Assembly (NCBI RefSeq): GCF_009834535.1
Contig: NC_045707.1
Span: 46,068,001 to 46,132,000, forward strand
Reading direction: 5' to 3'
DNA from: Camelus ferus
Taxonomy: Eukaryota
DNA length: 64,000 bases
Positions 12,405 to 24,860 of the stretch are shown one piece after another (the first letter of the stretch is position 1; each line of letters begins with the position of its first letter). Below the pieces are notes generated by a model, which did no database searches, was not told the origin of the DNA, and saw nothing but the letters and a program-made list of their open reading frames with translations. Made by a program: the position numbers and the translations under genes.

Positions 12405-14250
12405 GCCAACTTAGTTTCAGTAGAGTATGCACTCTGTTCCTGTACATCCCTGTTCCTCCCCTTTTATGTTTCTGTCACAGATACCACTGTATTCATTGTG
12501 TGCCCAATAACGTAGATTTATCTTAAGTATTTGCCTTTTAAATCATATAGGAAAAGAGAGGAGTTATAAACCAAAAGTACACTTATACTGGTTCACATAT
12601 TTATTTGATTACCTTTATCAGTGTTTATTTCTTCTTATGGCTTTGAGTTAAAGTTTAATGTCTTTATCCTTTATCATTTCTTGTAGGGAAGATCTGCAAG
12701 TACTGAACTCCTTCATCTGTTGTTTATTTAGAAATTAATTTTAGTTTTTCTTTCATTCTTCACAGGTAGTTTTGATGGACGCAGAATTCTTGGTTGACTT
12801 TTTTCTTTCAGGACGTTAACTGTTATCCTACTTTCTTCCAGTCTCCATGGCTTCTTATGATAAATAAGCTGTTAATTTATTGATGCTCCCTTGTACATGA
12901 AGAGTCACTTCTTTCTGCTTTCAGATTCTTCTCTTTTTCTTCAGGTTTTGTCATCTTACCTATAATGTGTCTCCATGTGGATCTCTTTGACTTTATCTTT
13001 CTTGGGGTTTGTTGAGCTTCTTGCATGTGTGTATTCTTGTCTTTCAAGTTCAGGAAAGATTTGGCCATTATTTCCTTAGATATTCTTTCTGTCCCTTTCT
13101 TGTCTCCTTCTGAGATTGCTGGTCTACCTGATGGTGTCCCACACGTCCCTCAGGCTCTGTTCACTTTTCTTCCTTCTTTCTTCTGCTCAGATTTGATAAT
13201 TTCAAGTTTTCCTATCTTCAAGTTTGCTGATTGTCTTTTTCTGCTTCTTCAAATTTGCTGTTGAAACTCCTCTAGTGAATTTTTCATTTAAGTCATTATA
13301 CTTTTAACCTACAGAATTTGCTTCCTTCTTATAATTTTTATCTTTGTTGATATTTTCATTTTGTTCATACTTAATTTTTCTGATTTTAAAAAATTCTTTG
13401 TTCATGGTTTCTTTTAGCTCATTGAACAGGTTTAACACAGTGATTTAACATCTTGACTAGTAATTCCAGGGTGTCTGGCATTCCTCAGGAATGGTTTCTG
13501 ATACATTCTTTCTTTTTTTTCTTTTCCTGTGAATGACCATATTTTCCTATTTCTTTGTATGCTGTGTCGTTTTTTGTTGAAAATTCAATATTCTGAGTTT
13601 TATAGTGTAGTAACTCTGGAAATCTCATTCTTCCACTCTTCAGGGTTTGCTGATTTTTTTTGTTGGTGGTGTTGGTGTTGCTGAGGGCTGGTGTTGTTCA
13701 CTTGTGACTTTTCTACACTATTTTTGCGAATATGCATTTCTTGCTGTGTATGGTCACTGAAGTTTCTGTTGTTATCTCGGAGGTTGGCCTGTGGCCTAAC
13801 AAAGATTTCCTTAAATGTCTTGCTCCAAAAAGGAGGGATTTTTTTTGTCTCTTAAAATTTTCCAGTGGATGCCACCGGGGAAGCTGCTGCTGCTAAGAGG
13901 GCTAAAACCAAGGCAGGCATCTTTGTCAGTTCCTCAGCACCGCAGGACCAACCAGAATACATGACCTCACATTTCTAGAGGGCAAGGTCCCCACTGCCCA
14001 CTCTGGCACTAGCCAGCCTTTCTAGGAATGCGGACTTCTCTCTCCACAGCTGTGACGGGAAGGGGGTGGTAGCTGGTTCACCCACACTGCTCACTTACGA
14101 AAGGTCAGCAGCCTCTCTCTTCACCAAGCACCCCCCGGGTGGTTGTAAGTGTCCGGGTAGGCTCCAGGGTTCCTGAACAGTTGATTCCAATCACTTCTTC
14201 CACCTCAGTGGTTGCTTCAGTGGAAGGATGACTCCTGGAGCTTCATGCTG
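12405..14250 (-). mobile_element. Old L1M fragment covering 5' region and ORF1
   Basis: ORF 12877-13068 (QEAQQTPRKIKSKRSTWRHIIGKMTK...EKNLKA) matches the L1 ORF1p motif QEAQRTP...RSTPRHII; frame is disrupted. Confidence 0.85.
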
Positions 14251-14773
14251 TGTCCTGAAAGCCTTGTTTTTGAATGAGAGAAACTTGATCTTTATAGCAG
14301 AAGGGGCATCCACAGGGAGAAGCACCAGCTGGAAGTTCCCTTCCTTCTGTATCTTTGGGGCACCTTCTGGCGCCCCTATCCACCCCTGTAGCTGAGGTAG
14401 AGGGCACATTCAACCCTTCCAGAATCACAAAGGGTCGGGGGAGAGGAGCAATTCCCAAAGGAGTGATGATGCACAGCATCTCTCTGCAAGCAGAGAGCAT
14501 GCATCAGGGAGAGTGTACCCTAGTGGTTATGAGCACCAGCTCTGAACTGTGCTGCTTCGGTTCCAACCCTGACTCTGCCACTTGCCAGCTCTAGGGCCTT
14601 GGACATGTTGCTGTCTGTTGAAGTGAGACACCACGATATACACTTCTCCTTAAGTCCAAAAATGACCCCTGTTTTTAGACAAGAGGAAAAGAAACTAGTG
14701 TCTGAGACAGTATTTCATCATCTTCCTCTCTCTCACAGAGAAATGGCTACCGTGTGTGCTCTGGTGCACCAAA

Positions 14774-15332
14774 TGTAGAGGGAGGAAGGAAACTTTTTCC
14801 CTCTACCCTCCTAGGTTTCCCAGCTGGGCTCAGTAAATTAGACCGACAAAAGACAGATCAACAAGAGGAAAGCAAACCCAAGTGTATTAACATGTGCATC
14901 ATGCATGCATCCGGGAACACTCAGAGATGAGTAGCTGAAGGGGTTGTGTAGCAAGAACAGTAAATTTTTAGAGAAGTGACAAGATAAAGGAAGAGGACTT
15001 CGAGCTTCCAGGGTTGGCAGATTGTGGGAAGGTAAATATATAAGGAAACTAATGGTAGATCAGGGCCAGTTGTAGCAAGGGTAGTTATAGAGAGTTCTCT
15101 GGTGCCGTCTCTGGGCTGATAAGGGTCTAGAGTGTCTCAGTGATTAACTTCTGTCTTTTCTGGTAGAGAGGAGAGGGAGGGGGACACCTGTACAAGTTTA
15201 CGTCCTGCTTTCAGGTGAATAGGGAGAAGGCCAAGAATTTTTCTTTTATCTGCTCCTTCAATTGTCTTCAACTCAAAGTAATCCTTATGTTAAAGTAGCA
15301 TATTTTGGGGTGGCCTGTTCTGCTGCTCTTCA
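14774..15332 (-). mobile_element. MER34-like ERV1 solo LTR
   Basis: Reverse strand begins tgaagagcagcagaacaggccaccccaaaatatgctactttaacataaggattactttgagttgaag, the MER34-family 5' signature; TG...CA ends. Confidence 0.8.
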
Positions 15333-15359
15333 TGAGCTGTGCATGGGTGAACATAGATT

Positions 15360-16350
15360 AAATCCTTTTTTTCCACAAAGAATGCCTGCTATGTTCCAGG
15401 CAGTATTCTAGGTGTTGGCGATACATCAGTGAACAAGACAGACAAACCCTTCTCCCTCCCTGGAGTTTACATTCTAGTTGGGGAATATAGGCAGTAAGGA
15501 AATACATGAATATAATACAAAATACACCAGATGGTGAAATTTTATGGAGGGAAACAGAGCAGGGGAGAGGGAAAGAGAGTGCTTTGAGGGGAAGGTTGCA
15601 GTTTAGAATGATCAGGGAAAGTGGTATTTGAAAAGATACCCAAGAAAGGTGAGGGAGTGAGCCTGTGGGTACCAAGGGGAGTGTTCCAAGTGGAGGGACT
15701 AGCAAGTGCCTAGGCTAGGGCTGCTGCAGTGGGCAGGGGTGGGGAAGACCAAATGGAGACGAGATCTCTCAGAGAGATCACTGGAGATGAGTGAGGATAA
15801 GAGCCTGAAAGGACTTGTTAAGTATTGTAAGGACTTTGGCTTTAACCCTCAGTGAGATGGGAGTCAGAGTCCTAGACCTGGGCACCCAGAAGGGTGTAGT
15901 GTCATTTACTCCAGTGGGTCTTCACTAAGGGCAGAGCTAGGTGGGAAATACGAGCTCATCTGAGGGCATGAGATGTACATTAGACATCCTAGCAGACATG
16001 TCAAGTAGGCAGCTGAACGTAAAATTACGTCTAGAGTTCCAGGACGGAGATATGCACTTGGGAGTCATCAGCATGCGGATTTGCATTTAAATCCACGACA
16101 CTGAATGAGAGCACCGAGAGAATCAGTGTAGACAGCGAGGTTTGGGACTGAACTCCGAGGCACTGTGTGAGTTGGGGAGGTGATGAGGTAGAGGAAAATC
16201 TATAAGAGAGTGATGTCTTGGAAGTCAAGTGAAGAAAAGGTTTCAAAGAGGAGAGCGTTAACTCTGTCAAATGCTGCTGATCGGCAATTAGGATGACCAG
16301 AAACTGACCACTGGATTTAGTAGTGGCCACTGGAAGTCGTTAGTGCAGTT
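15360..16350 (-). mobile_element. L2 LINE 3' part
   Basis: ccaggcagtattctaggtgttggcgatacatcagtgaacaagacagac...tttacattctagttgggg and downstream L2 ORF-end motifs. Confidence 0.85.
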
Positions 16351-16819
16351 GTGTTGGAAGCTGACTGCTGGTTAGTGCTGTCAGGGCTTTTCTCTGCAGA
16401 GTGCCTCATGTGCTAGGTTGTACACTCTGTGGCTTAGATTCGACTTTTTTCTACTTTCCCGTCCAGAAAAAATGGTTCCTGTACATGTGTCCTCATAGAT
16501 ACGCAGTTCTAGAGCTGAAGGGTATTCTGGTCCAGCCGTCTTACAGCTGTGGAGAGCATGGCTTGGACAGGGTAAGTGATGCAGGCAGGTTTGCTCGTGG
16601 TGGAACCAGGACAACCCAGACTTCCAAGTGCCAGACTTGTTGTTTAGTCTGCTACACTGGGCATGCTCCGCTGAAAGGTGCCAGAAGTCACAGAAAGTCA
16701 ATTCTAGCTCACAGAGACAGTGGTTCCTTCCTTGTCCCCCTAATTTTTACCGTTCTCTCTCTGATGAGCTGCTGGGCTTAGAGGGAACCCTGTGCTTCAG
16801 GATTCCCTGGAGTTCTTTC

Positions 16820-17010
16820 AGCACGTGGTTTGAATCCCAGTTCTTCCACTCGCTAGCTCTGTGACTCTGGGCAAGTTAATTCTTCTCAGCGAGTCTGTTT
16901 CTTCACCTGCCAAATGAGGTTAATAAAGACACCCCACTGAGCTGTGAGAATTAAAATGTTCCTTGCCTGTCGAGTGCTTTGCACAGTGCCTGCCGGTACC
17001 TGATGAGTCT
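16820..17010 (+). mobile_element. MIR SINE
   Basis: ggtttgaatcccagttcttccactcgctagctctgtgactctgggcaagtta. Confidence 0.8.
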
Positions 17011-17457
17011 TCCATACGTGGTGGGTCTTAAGATTATTGGGATGTTGGAACTTTAGTTTCCAGGGCATTGCTGTTGTTAAAACCATCTTTAAAAAGATTT
17101 TTAATTGATGGCATTGCCTAGGGTTTATTTACAAAACATATTGAGTAGAGTTACACCCACAAATCTGTTCAAACTTTTCCTGAAGAAGTTACCAGATGTC
17201 TTGCCTAGTTGCTGCTACTGGGGGGAAAACGACAACAAAACAATTTCAAACAACGTACTGCACACTCAGGGAAAATACGTAATTTGTTCCCCTTTTATCA
17301 GCACTGACAAAACAGAACTGTCAGTTTCCAATTCCCCAGTTCCCCGTCACTGGTGCAAGGAGATGGTAGAGGAGGCGGCGGCTGGACGTGTCAGGTTTGT
17401 CTAAGAGCTTTCTGTCTGGGAGTTTAGTGTTGAAAGGCCGTCAGGATGCTTAAGGGT

Positions 17458-17581
17458 ATGAAAAGGAATATATGTATATGTATGTATGACTGAAACATTG
17501 TGCTGTACACCAGAAATTGACACAGCATTGTAAACTGACTGTACCTCTATAAAAAAATAATAAAATTTAAAAAAATTTAAA
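17458..17581 (+). mobile_element. Young 5'-truncated L1 3' end with A-rich tail
   Basis: tgactgaaacattgtgctgtacaccagaaattgacacagcattgtaaactgactgtacctc plus A tail; TSD gat(g/c)cttaagggt at 17445-17457 and 17582-17594. Confidence 0.85.
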
Positions 17582-18166
17582 GATCCTTAAGGGTTACTCG
17601 CACTATTTAGAACATCTTTCTGTCTACTATTAGAAATAACATAGATGATTTCAAATGAGTCTTTTCAAAATAAACTTTGAAAATTTATTGATAGAACCAA
17701 TCAAGTGGTAACATATGTGTTTATATAAATTTGCCTTCCTTGAATTAGCATCTGCTTAAAGAAATTACTGACCACCCCAAACCTTTAGTAACAGCAGTAA
17801 AGCATTTCTTAATTCTAAACCTTTCTTTCTGTCTTTTCTTTTTTGTCAGTGAACCATTTTCCTGACTCTGTAGATGATGCGGGCAGGTTTTTCTATCTCA
17901 GACCATCAGATTTCCTTGACTTTCCTTCCCAAGACTTTCACTGCATGTTCTTCATTTATGTGTGTATCTTCATTATCTTCTTGTTATTTTTTAATACAAA
18001 TGGAATGCTTTAAAGAGGGTTTCACCTCTTGCTTTTTTCATTCAGCAATCACTCTTGTTAATATGTTGGCACCCACTGATCTACCCCACTGGTTTAATTA
18101 TGGTCACATAGCATTCCATTGTATGGATGTACCATAATTAATTTTCCAGACTTCTAGTGTATTTTA

Positions 18167-18465
18167 TTTTTTATTTTATTTATTTATTAATTTTTTATTT
18201 TTTAAACATTTTTTTATTGATTTATAATCATTTTGCAATGTTGTGTCAAATTCCACTGTTCAGCACAATTTTTCAGTCATTCATGGACATACACACACTC
18301 ATTGTCACATTTTTTTCTCTGTGAGTTATCATAACATTTTGTGTATATTTCCCTGTGCTATACAGTATAATCTTGTTTATCTATTCTGCAATTTTGAAAT
18401 CCCAGTCTATCCCTTCCCACCCTCCACCCGCCTGGCAACCACAAGTCTGTATTCTCTGTCTATGA
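18167..18465 (-). mobile_element. Young 5'-truncated L1 3' end
   Basis: T-rich tail then L1 3'UTR; TSD agacttctagtgt(a/g)tttta at 18148-18166 and 18466-18484. Confidence 0.9.
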
Positions 18466-19339
18466 AGACTTCTAGTGTGTTTTAAAATGGAGACATTCCT
18501 TGCTGCAGTACAGAGTTCTCTTTTAATGAGAATTGCACAAAATAAGGTCTCTGACTGCTACTTTAGTGTTAGGACATAAGAGATTCACAATAAATATTAG
18601 TAGAATGGATGAATTGATCTTGTTTATTCATTTATTATACATATTATTTTCCTTTAGAGGTAACAGAAAGATAAAATTCAGCGCTAAGAATTTTCACGTA
18701 GTCCAGATTAATGGAGTCTGTGTTAATGAGGTGTGTGTCCTCTCACCTGCACCACTAGCACCTAATTTGCACAGTGACATAATCAGGAAGTGTCCCTGAC
18801 GGTGATATCATGAGAGTTCTGTTGTCCATCAGTGCTGAGAGGGACATGGTAGCTCTTTATAGATCAACAAACTCCGTGGCACATTTCATTCTGTCTGGCA
18901 GGTATTTTAATTTGAGTTAATCACAGAGACCTTAATCTCAGACAGTTCAGACTCTGGGATTATATAAACATTGGTCAGATTGTTCTCAGAGTTTTTTAAG
19001 GCTTCAGGGATGTGACTTTGACAACCCAAGAGCTGTATTTTGCATGAGGAGCGTTATTCCTGTGGCAGAGACCCTCTGTGTTTAACTTCAGGCACACCTT
19101 GGTTCAGCAGGCAGATGATCTACTTCAAGGTCATCTGACAAAGTACATGTTTTGGAAATTGCTTGGTTGTGTCTTGTCTGCTAGTCAGTTATCACAGGTG
19201 CTTGGAGGGCTCGTGGTGGGTAAAAGTCCCTGCTAGCTGCCATGGAGGTCACCGAGATGCATCAGTGCAGGCCATGCCCTGAGGAAGCTCTCCAGGTGCT
19301 TGGGGAGACATGATGCTACCCCCAGTTGGCAAGCAATGT

Positions 19340-19570
19340 GGGGATGGTGTATTTTGGCAGTAAAGAGCAGGGATCCTGCTGTCACACTGCCTGGGCTTGC
19401 CTCTCTAGCTGTGTGACCTTGGCAAGGCAGTTGACATCTCATTCCTCAGTTTTCTCATCTGTAGAATGGAGATGATAACAGTACTTATATCGTTGTGAGA
19501 ATAAATGCCTTTGTACATGAAAGGTGTTCCAACAGGGCTGACACATTTGTGCTTAGTTATCGTTCGCTAT
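19340..19570 (+). mobile_element. MIR SINE
   Basis: ctagctgtgtgaccttggcaag...cctcagttttctcatctgtagaatggagatgataacagtac. Confidence 0.85.
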
Positions 19571-19619
19571 TGTTACCATAACTTATAGCACCTCAGAGTG
19601 GAAAGGGGGCTGGTAACAG

Positions 19620-19840
19620 CTACTGTTCTGTAGTAAACTACTGGGTGTACCATTGCCACCCTGTAAGTGCTTCACATTCGATATCTCATCCAGTCCTTAG
19701 AATGCCGTGTGAAGTAAGATATTTTAAAATGGGGAGACTGAGGCTCAGAGGGGTTAAGTAAGAACCCAAGATCACGTAGCCATTAAGTGATCTGAATGAA
19801 TGTCTGACTCAGAAACCTGTGCTCTTTCCCCTAAACAGTA
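19620..19840 (-). mobile_element. MIR SINE
   Basis: atggggagactgaggctcagaggggttaagtaagaacccaagatcacgtagc. Confidence 0.8.
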
Positions 19841-20729
19841 TTTCTAGGGAAAGATAGAAAGAAGGAGGGAGTCTTCACTTTGTGGCTAAAGAACAAGCCT
19901 CAGAGCACTTAAGCAACTTGCCCAAGATCACACAGAAATCCAGGTTTTCTTAGACCAAATCCCACAGCACTTGTAGGGCTGACATGTAAAGGGGTCCAAA
20001 CTGGAATGTCTTGCTTCAGAGGACAAAGCCAGGACTGGTGCCTTGAAAGAGGCTGACCTGGGATAAAGGCCCAGGAAAATCTTTTGCACAAAGCTGTCCG
20101 ATGTGAAATGAGGTAGAAGTGTATTTCTCTCAAATGTAGGGGAGTTTGGAGGTAGGCAGTCCAGAATTGTATGATGGCTCCACGAGGTCCTGAGCAACAG
20201 GGACACAGGGCATTGGCCTCTGTTTGTTTACTTCTACCGTGAATCCACTCTGAGGCCCAGACCAGGGCTCTGGCTTTGGGCTTCTGAAGGTCTTTCACAT
20301 GAAGCAGTTTTATCAAATGAACAGGAGCTGTTTATGCCTCTGGAGAAGCAGACTATGGAAGATTTATTTTTTGCTGATTAGTCTTATATCCTTCAGTGTT
20401 TTCCCAATTTACCTTTCTTTCATATCCTGCCATTTTACGAATTCAGTGTTATACATCTTTTTGGCCTATTTAGTACCTATCGATCCTTTTTGTGTGCAGA
20501 CTGAAGATTGCCCGGGAGCATTCAAGTCCTGGTAAAGAATAATTACCATGCCAGCTAGTGAAAATAAAAGTGACAACACAGGAACCTTTGCTTAGGACAG
20601 GGAATTGAGTGAAGTCTAGATTTGCTTCATCGTGCTAGGAAGAAAATACCACTTATTAGAATGCTTCCTGTTACAATCTGTTACTTTCCTAATTTTTTTA
20701 ACCTTAATTTGTTCTTTCATGGGGTAAAA

Positions 20730-21620
20730 GTCATATATAGTCAACCATTCTGAGCAGTATAGATGTAATCCCTGCCCCCATATAGTTTACCAAATGGCAG
20801 GAAATACACATACAATTGAGTAGAGTAAATGCTGTGACAGAATAACTACAGGTGCTGAAGGCACACAGTGGGGAGGTACCTAGCTCCGTGTCTGGAGGGA
20901 AGGACAGGCTTCCTGAGGGAGGAGCATTCAGCTTGAGTCCTGAAGGTAATGGGAATTAGCTACAAGATTTTACCAGGCAGAGGAAGCAACTTGCATAAAA
21001 ACTGAGGAACAAAGGGAGTGCTTATGCATAAGAGGAACTCAGTGGTATTCTGCTTGGTTGAGAGACCAAAAGCAGTGGGTGCAGACTGGTTGGTTCTGGC
21101 TAGCACACAGAAATCATATAAACCACATGAAGGTTCTCAGGGCATTGAGATGTCATCATAGGACTAAATCTAGGGAATGACATCTGAGATTTGAGCTGCA
21201 AAAGGGTCAAGCCAGTAGGGTATGGAGAGTGTTTCAGCACATGCAAGTGCCCTGAGGTGGAGAGAGTGGAGCGTGAATGAGGGACCTAAAAGATAGCCAG
21301 CTTGATTGGAGTGCAGGGAGCAACGGAGAAGGTCCCTGTTGAAGGCTGGAATCTCCACTTTGAGTTTTATAGTCATGTTGATGATTTTTTTTACTTTAGT
21401 CTAAGAAAACCATTACTTGAGTTTCTGTGTAGTGAACAGACGGAGGGCAGGGGTGGCAGCAGTAGAAGACAGAAACCAGTGGGGAAGCCACTGCAGTGCA
21501 GGGAAGAGAGAGGTGCTGACGGTTTGGACTAAGATGATCTAATGGAAAAAATGGAGAAGAGTGGTCCAGTTTGGGTAAATTTTAAAGAACTCTCTATAGG
21601 GCAAGAGAGAGGGTGTACCA
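20730..21620 (-). mobile_element. L2 LINE fragments
   Basis: ggcttcctgaggga, ggagggcaggggtggcagcagtagaagacagaaaccagtggggaagccactgcag; degraded L2 motifs. Confidence 0.65.
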
Positions 21621-21799
21621 GATGTTTGGCTATAGACCTCAGAGACTGTAATTCGTGTGGTTGTCCACGGGGTGGACTGGCCTGGGAGGCTCGTGGAGGA
21701 TGGCTCAGGATGGTACCGTGTGGGTGCCCAGATGCTAGCAAGAGTTCACTGGCCATCTCCAGAGGAGCTCCTTACTGTTGGGCAGGAAGGACTGTACAG

Positions 21800-22075
21800 C
21801 GTGCTTGCTTCCTGAGCTAAATCTTCACCCTCCTCTTCTCCCCTCCTGTACCTTTAATCCACTGGTTTTGGTTCTGAGCCCAGTAGGGCAAAGGTAATCC
21901 CTCTTCCATGTGACCAAATGTTCCAAGACAGCTATCCTGTCGACTAGTCCTCCTCCAGGTGCACATCCTCATTTCTTCAGCCATCCCTCAGGGGCTTGTT
22001 GTTGAAGCCCATGGCCAACCTGGCTGTCACCTTCCTTCCAGCACCTCCCATTGTGTGCTGGTGTCCTTCCAAAAA
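21800..22075 (-). mobile_element. CR1/L3 LINE fragment
   Basis: taatccctcttccatgtgacc...aagacagctatcctgtc...ctccaggtgcacatcc matches antisense L3 3' region. Confidence 0.65.
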
Positions 22076-22159
22076 TAAGATGGATTGTGACTGGCTGTCA
22101 TCTTGACAACAGAGATAAAGGCCTGTGGAGAAGAGGACACAATTCTGTTTCACATTTAT

Positions 22160-22600
22160 ATTTCTGGTTATAAAAGGTAATATACACTCATAGAAGAATA
22201 TTGAAAAAACCAGAAAAGTATAAGAAAGAAAAATGTAAATTCCTGTAGTACTATCATCTAGCAATAACCATCTTAAATTTTGATGTAATTTCTTATCTTT
22301 TCCTCCATGTGTATTTGTTATTATTTTTAAATGGGTACAGAGGGACCTCTTGCTTTTTTATACTTAACTTTTTCATGTCATTAAAACTTCTCATCGCCAT
22401 TATTTTATTTACCTATTTCTTGAGATAATAAATTGTTTCCAGTTTTCCACTTTTACAAATAACATGCATTACAGAACATAAATCTTGTCTGCATGTCTCA
22501 TCTCTAGGATAGATTCCTAGAACGGAATTACTGGGTACAAACATTTTTTGGGGGAGTGGTTCTTGGCACATATGGCCAGATTGTCCTCTGGAAGGGGTTT
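22160..22600 (-). mobile_element. Old L1ME fragment
   Basis: ttgtttccagttttccacttttacaaataac...ggatagattcctagaacggaattactgggt. Confidence 0.65.
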
Positions 22601-22965
22601 ACCCATTCCTCTCCGTAGCCGCCCAGCAGGGGCAGGTAGACTTGTCTCTGTCAGTATGCCCTCACTCAGTCCACAGGGTATGATAAATGGGGATGTAAGT
22701 CCCAAAGATGAGGGCAGATGTCGATGGGATACCAGTAATTCTAACAGCTAACATTTTTGAGTACATACTTGTGTGCCAAGTACTTGCTAATAAGCATGTT
22801 TCATATATTTATGTCAAGTACTTCTTACATCTCCTTTACACATCAGGTGCTATTACAGATAAAGAAATAGATACACTAGAAGTTAAGTGACTTGCCCAAG
22901 GTCACACCGATAGTTTAACAGTGAAAATAATTTGTAACAGAGTATTCTATTAAAAGAGGCTTTAG

Positions 22966-23106
22966 AAGGTGGGGGTATAGCTCAGTGGTAGAGTGCACGC
23001 TTAGCATGCATGAGGTCCTGAGTTCAATCCCCAGTACCTCCATTAAAATAAATAAGTAAATAAATAAACCTAATTACCCCCCCCAAAACAAAACAAACAA
23101 AAATAA
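22966..23106 (+). mobile_element. tRNA-Ala-derived SINE (camelid Vic-1-like)
   Basis: 22971-23042 is a tRNA-Ala(AGC)-like head with A/B boxes, followed by aaataaataaacctaattacccc and A-rich tail; TSD ta(a/g)aag(a/t)ggctttag at 22951-22965 and 23107-23121. Confidence 0.9.
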
Positions 23107-23129
23107 TAGAAGTGGCTTTAGTTTTAGGT

Positions 23130-23570
23130 TTTTAAAAGCAAACCTTTTTCCAAGCATAATATACATACAGAAAAGTGCACAAATCTTCAGTAGTATTACT
23201 TGATGAATTAGCACAGTTACCACCTCTGTAACTACCATCCAGATGGAGAAATGGAACATTGTCAACCTAATCAATATCCTTCACCTCCTCCTCATTTCTA
23301 ACATTGAAGATTAGTTTTGCCCATTTTTGAGTCTTATATAAATGAAGTCATAGTGTATATAACCCTCTTTTTTTTTTTTTTTTTTTTGCTTCTTTACCTT
23401 GACATTTTGGTTGTGAGATTAATTTATTGCGGGCAGCAATAATTTTTGCATTTTTATTATTGGAGAGCATTCCTCCTGTATGACTATACCACAATTGATC
23501 ATTTTACTCTTGTTGGACAGTCGTGTTCTTTCTGAATAATATGGCTGTGAACTTTTTTGTACAGCAAAAG
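23130..23570 (-). mobile_element. Old L1ME 3' end
   Basis: taatatacatacagaaaagtgcacaaatctt...gattagttttgccc...cttatataaatgaagtcatagtgta. Confidence 0.8.
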
Positions 23571-23852
23571 GCACACGTGTTCTGCAGGCCCAGGGGGTGC
23601 TGTCCTGTAGTTGTCGATTTTTCCACGTCTAAAACATTTCTTTAAAAAAAAAAAAAAGCTACTCCCTGGCCAGGGCGGTGCATTAGGAGCTCCTTAGTAA
23701 AGGACTTATTAAAATGGCTTCAGTGCACAGAACTCAAGTAATTTACACCAGAAATACCAAGGGCAGAGATGCCCCTGCTGCTGGTGAAGATGCAGAAGCA
23801 GGTCCCTGCACAGATACACTTTGAAAAATAAAACTTTATTAAATTTGGAAAA

Positions 23853-23892
23853 GTGTGTGTGTGTGAGAGAGAGACAGACAGAGACAGAGAGA
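23853..23892. repeat. Compound (GT)n(GA)n microsatellite
   Basis: gtgtgtgtgtgtgagagagagacagacagagacagagaga. Confidence 0.9.
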
Positions 23893-24195
23893 AAAACCCC
23901 ACACATACAGTCATACACAGAAGGGATGATGTATTAAACTGGGGATGTCTGAGACAGCAGAGGCGGGGAAGCTGTGCCTTTTCTCCATGTTACCTCTTAA
24001 AGAATTTGCTTTTCTTTTGCCCAGGATGGAGGAAATAATTAGTTGTTAGGGCTTTCCTTCAGGGTTATACTTCCGAACGCAGGCGCCAACAGCATTGAAA
24101 TGTGAACCATTAGTTAAGCAGTGTTGGACTTAAATGCCTCAGTCTCCACTTTAGGGGACTGATTAGGAAATCCTAGAATAATATTCAGTATCTAT

Positions 24196-24307
24196 AAGGT
24201 AGCATATAAAATGGTTTATTACTGTTGTCCCGGCGTAATTATTAATAGCATTTCCTTTCACTCTCAAATATGTCTCAGTTTCGATAACAAATTATGTGGC
24301 TTACCCT
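24196..24307 (-). mobile_element. MER94 (hAT-Blackjack) fossil
   Basis: tgttgtcccggcgtaattattaatagc...ctttcactctcaaa...aaattatgtggcttaccct matches the recalled MER94 consensus. Confidence 0.8.
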
Positions 24308-24339
24308 GAATATTTAAAAACTGTGTAAGCCTATCTTGA

Positions 24340-24860
24340 GGTTAGGAATTTTACACCAGAAACAAGGCAAATATCCATGAACTGGAGAATAGGTGAGTAA
24401 ATTGTGGTATAGTCCTACAATGGACTACTATTAAACAGCAGTGCACATGAATGAAGTATAATTATGTGGATAAAACTCAAAAAATAAAAACATGGATAAA
24501 GCTCAAAAAATAAAAACTGAATGAAAAAGCAAGTTGCAGAAAAATACCTACTGTGTAATTTCATTTATGTGAAGTTTGATAAAGCAAAATTAAGTGATTT
24601 ATTGCTTATTCATATGTATGATGAAACAATAAAGAAAAGCAAAGGAGTGATTAACTCAGAATTCAGATTGATGTTTACCTGTTCTGGATGGGGCGAGGGT
24701 GGGGTGGGGGTGGCAAGGAAGGGCCTGGAGTCATAGAAGGACACAAAGGGCTTCAAAGATGATTTTATTCTGTCTCTTAAACTGTGCGATGGGTACACGG
24801 GTGATTCTTTGCTCTTTTATTTAAAATGTGCCTACCTGAATGTACATTCCCTTGATTCCT
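24340..24860 (+). mobile_element. Old L1ME 3' end with a 26-bp internal tandem duplication (24467-24517)
   Basis: taaattgtggtatagtcctacaatggactacta...tgaaaaagcaagttgcaga; tggataaa(a/g)ctcaaaaaataaaaac twice. Confidence 0.8.

Noticed and set aside
12877..13068. ORF with protein similarity
   Set aside because: Decayed L1 ORF1 remnant, not a host CDS.
22971..23042. Apparent tRNA-Ala(AGC) gene
   Set aside because: Several substitutions relative to the recalled tRNA, followed by a SINE body, A-rich tail and TSD; a second copy lies at 61672-61806. It is a SINE head.
24690..24710. Canonical G-quadruplex motif (also at 34645-34665)
   Set aside because: Ordinary G-rich tract of L1 3'UTRs.
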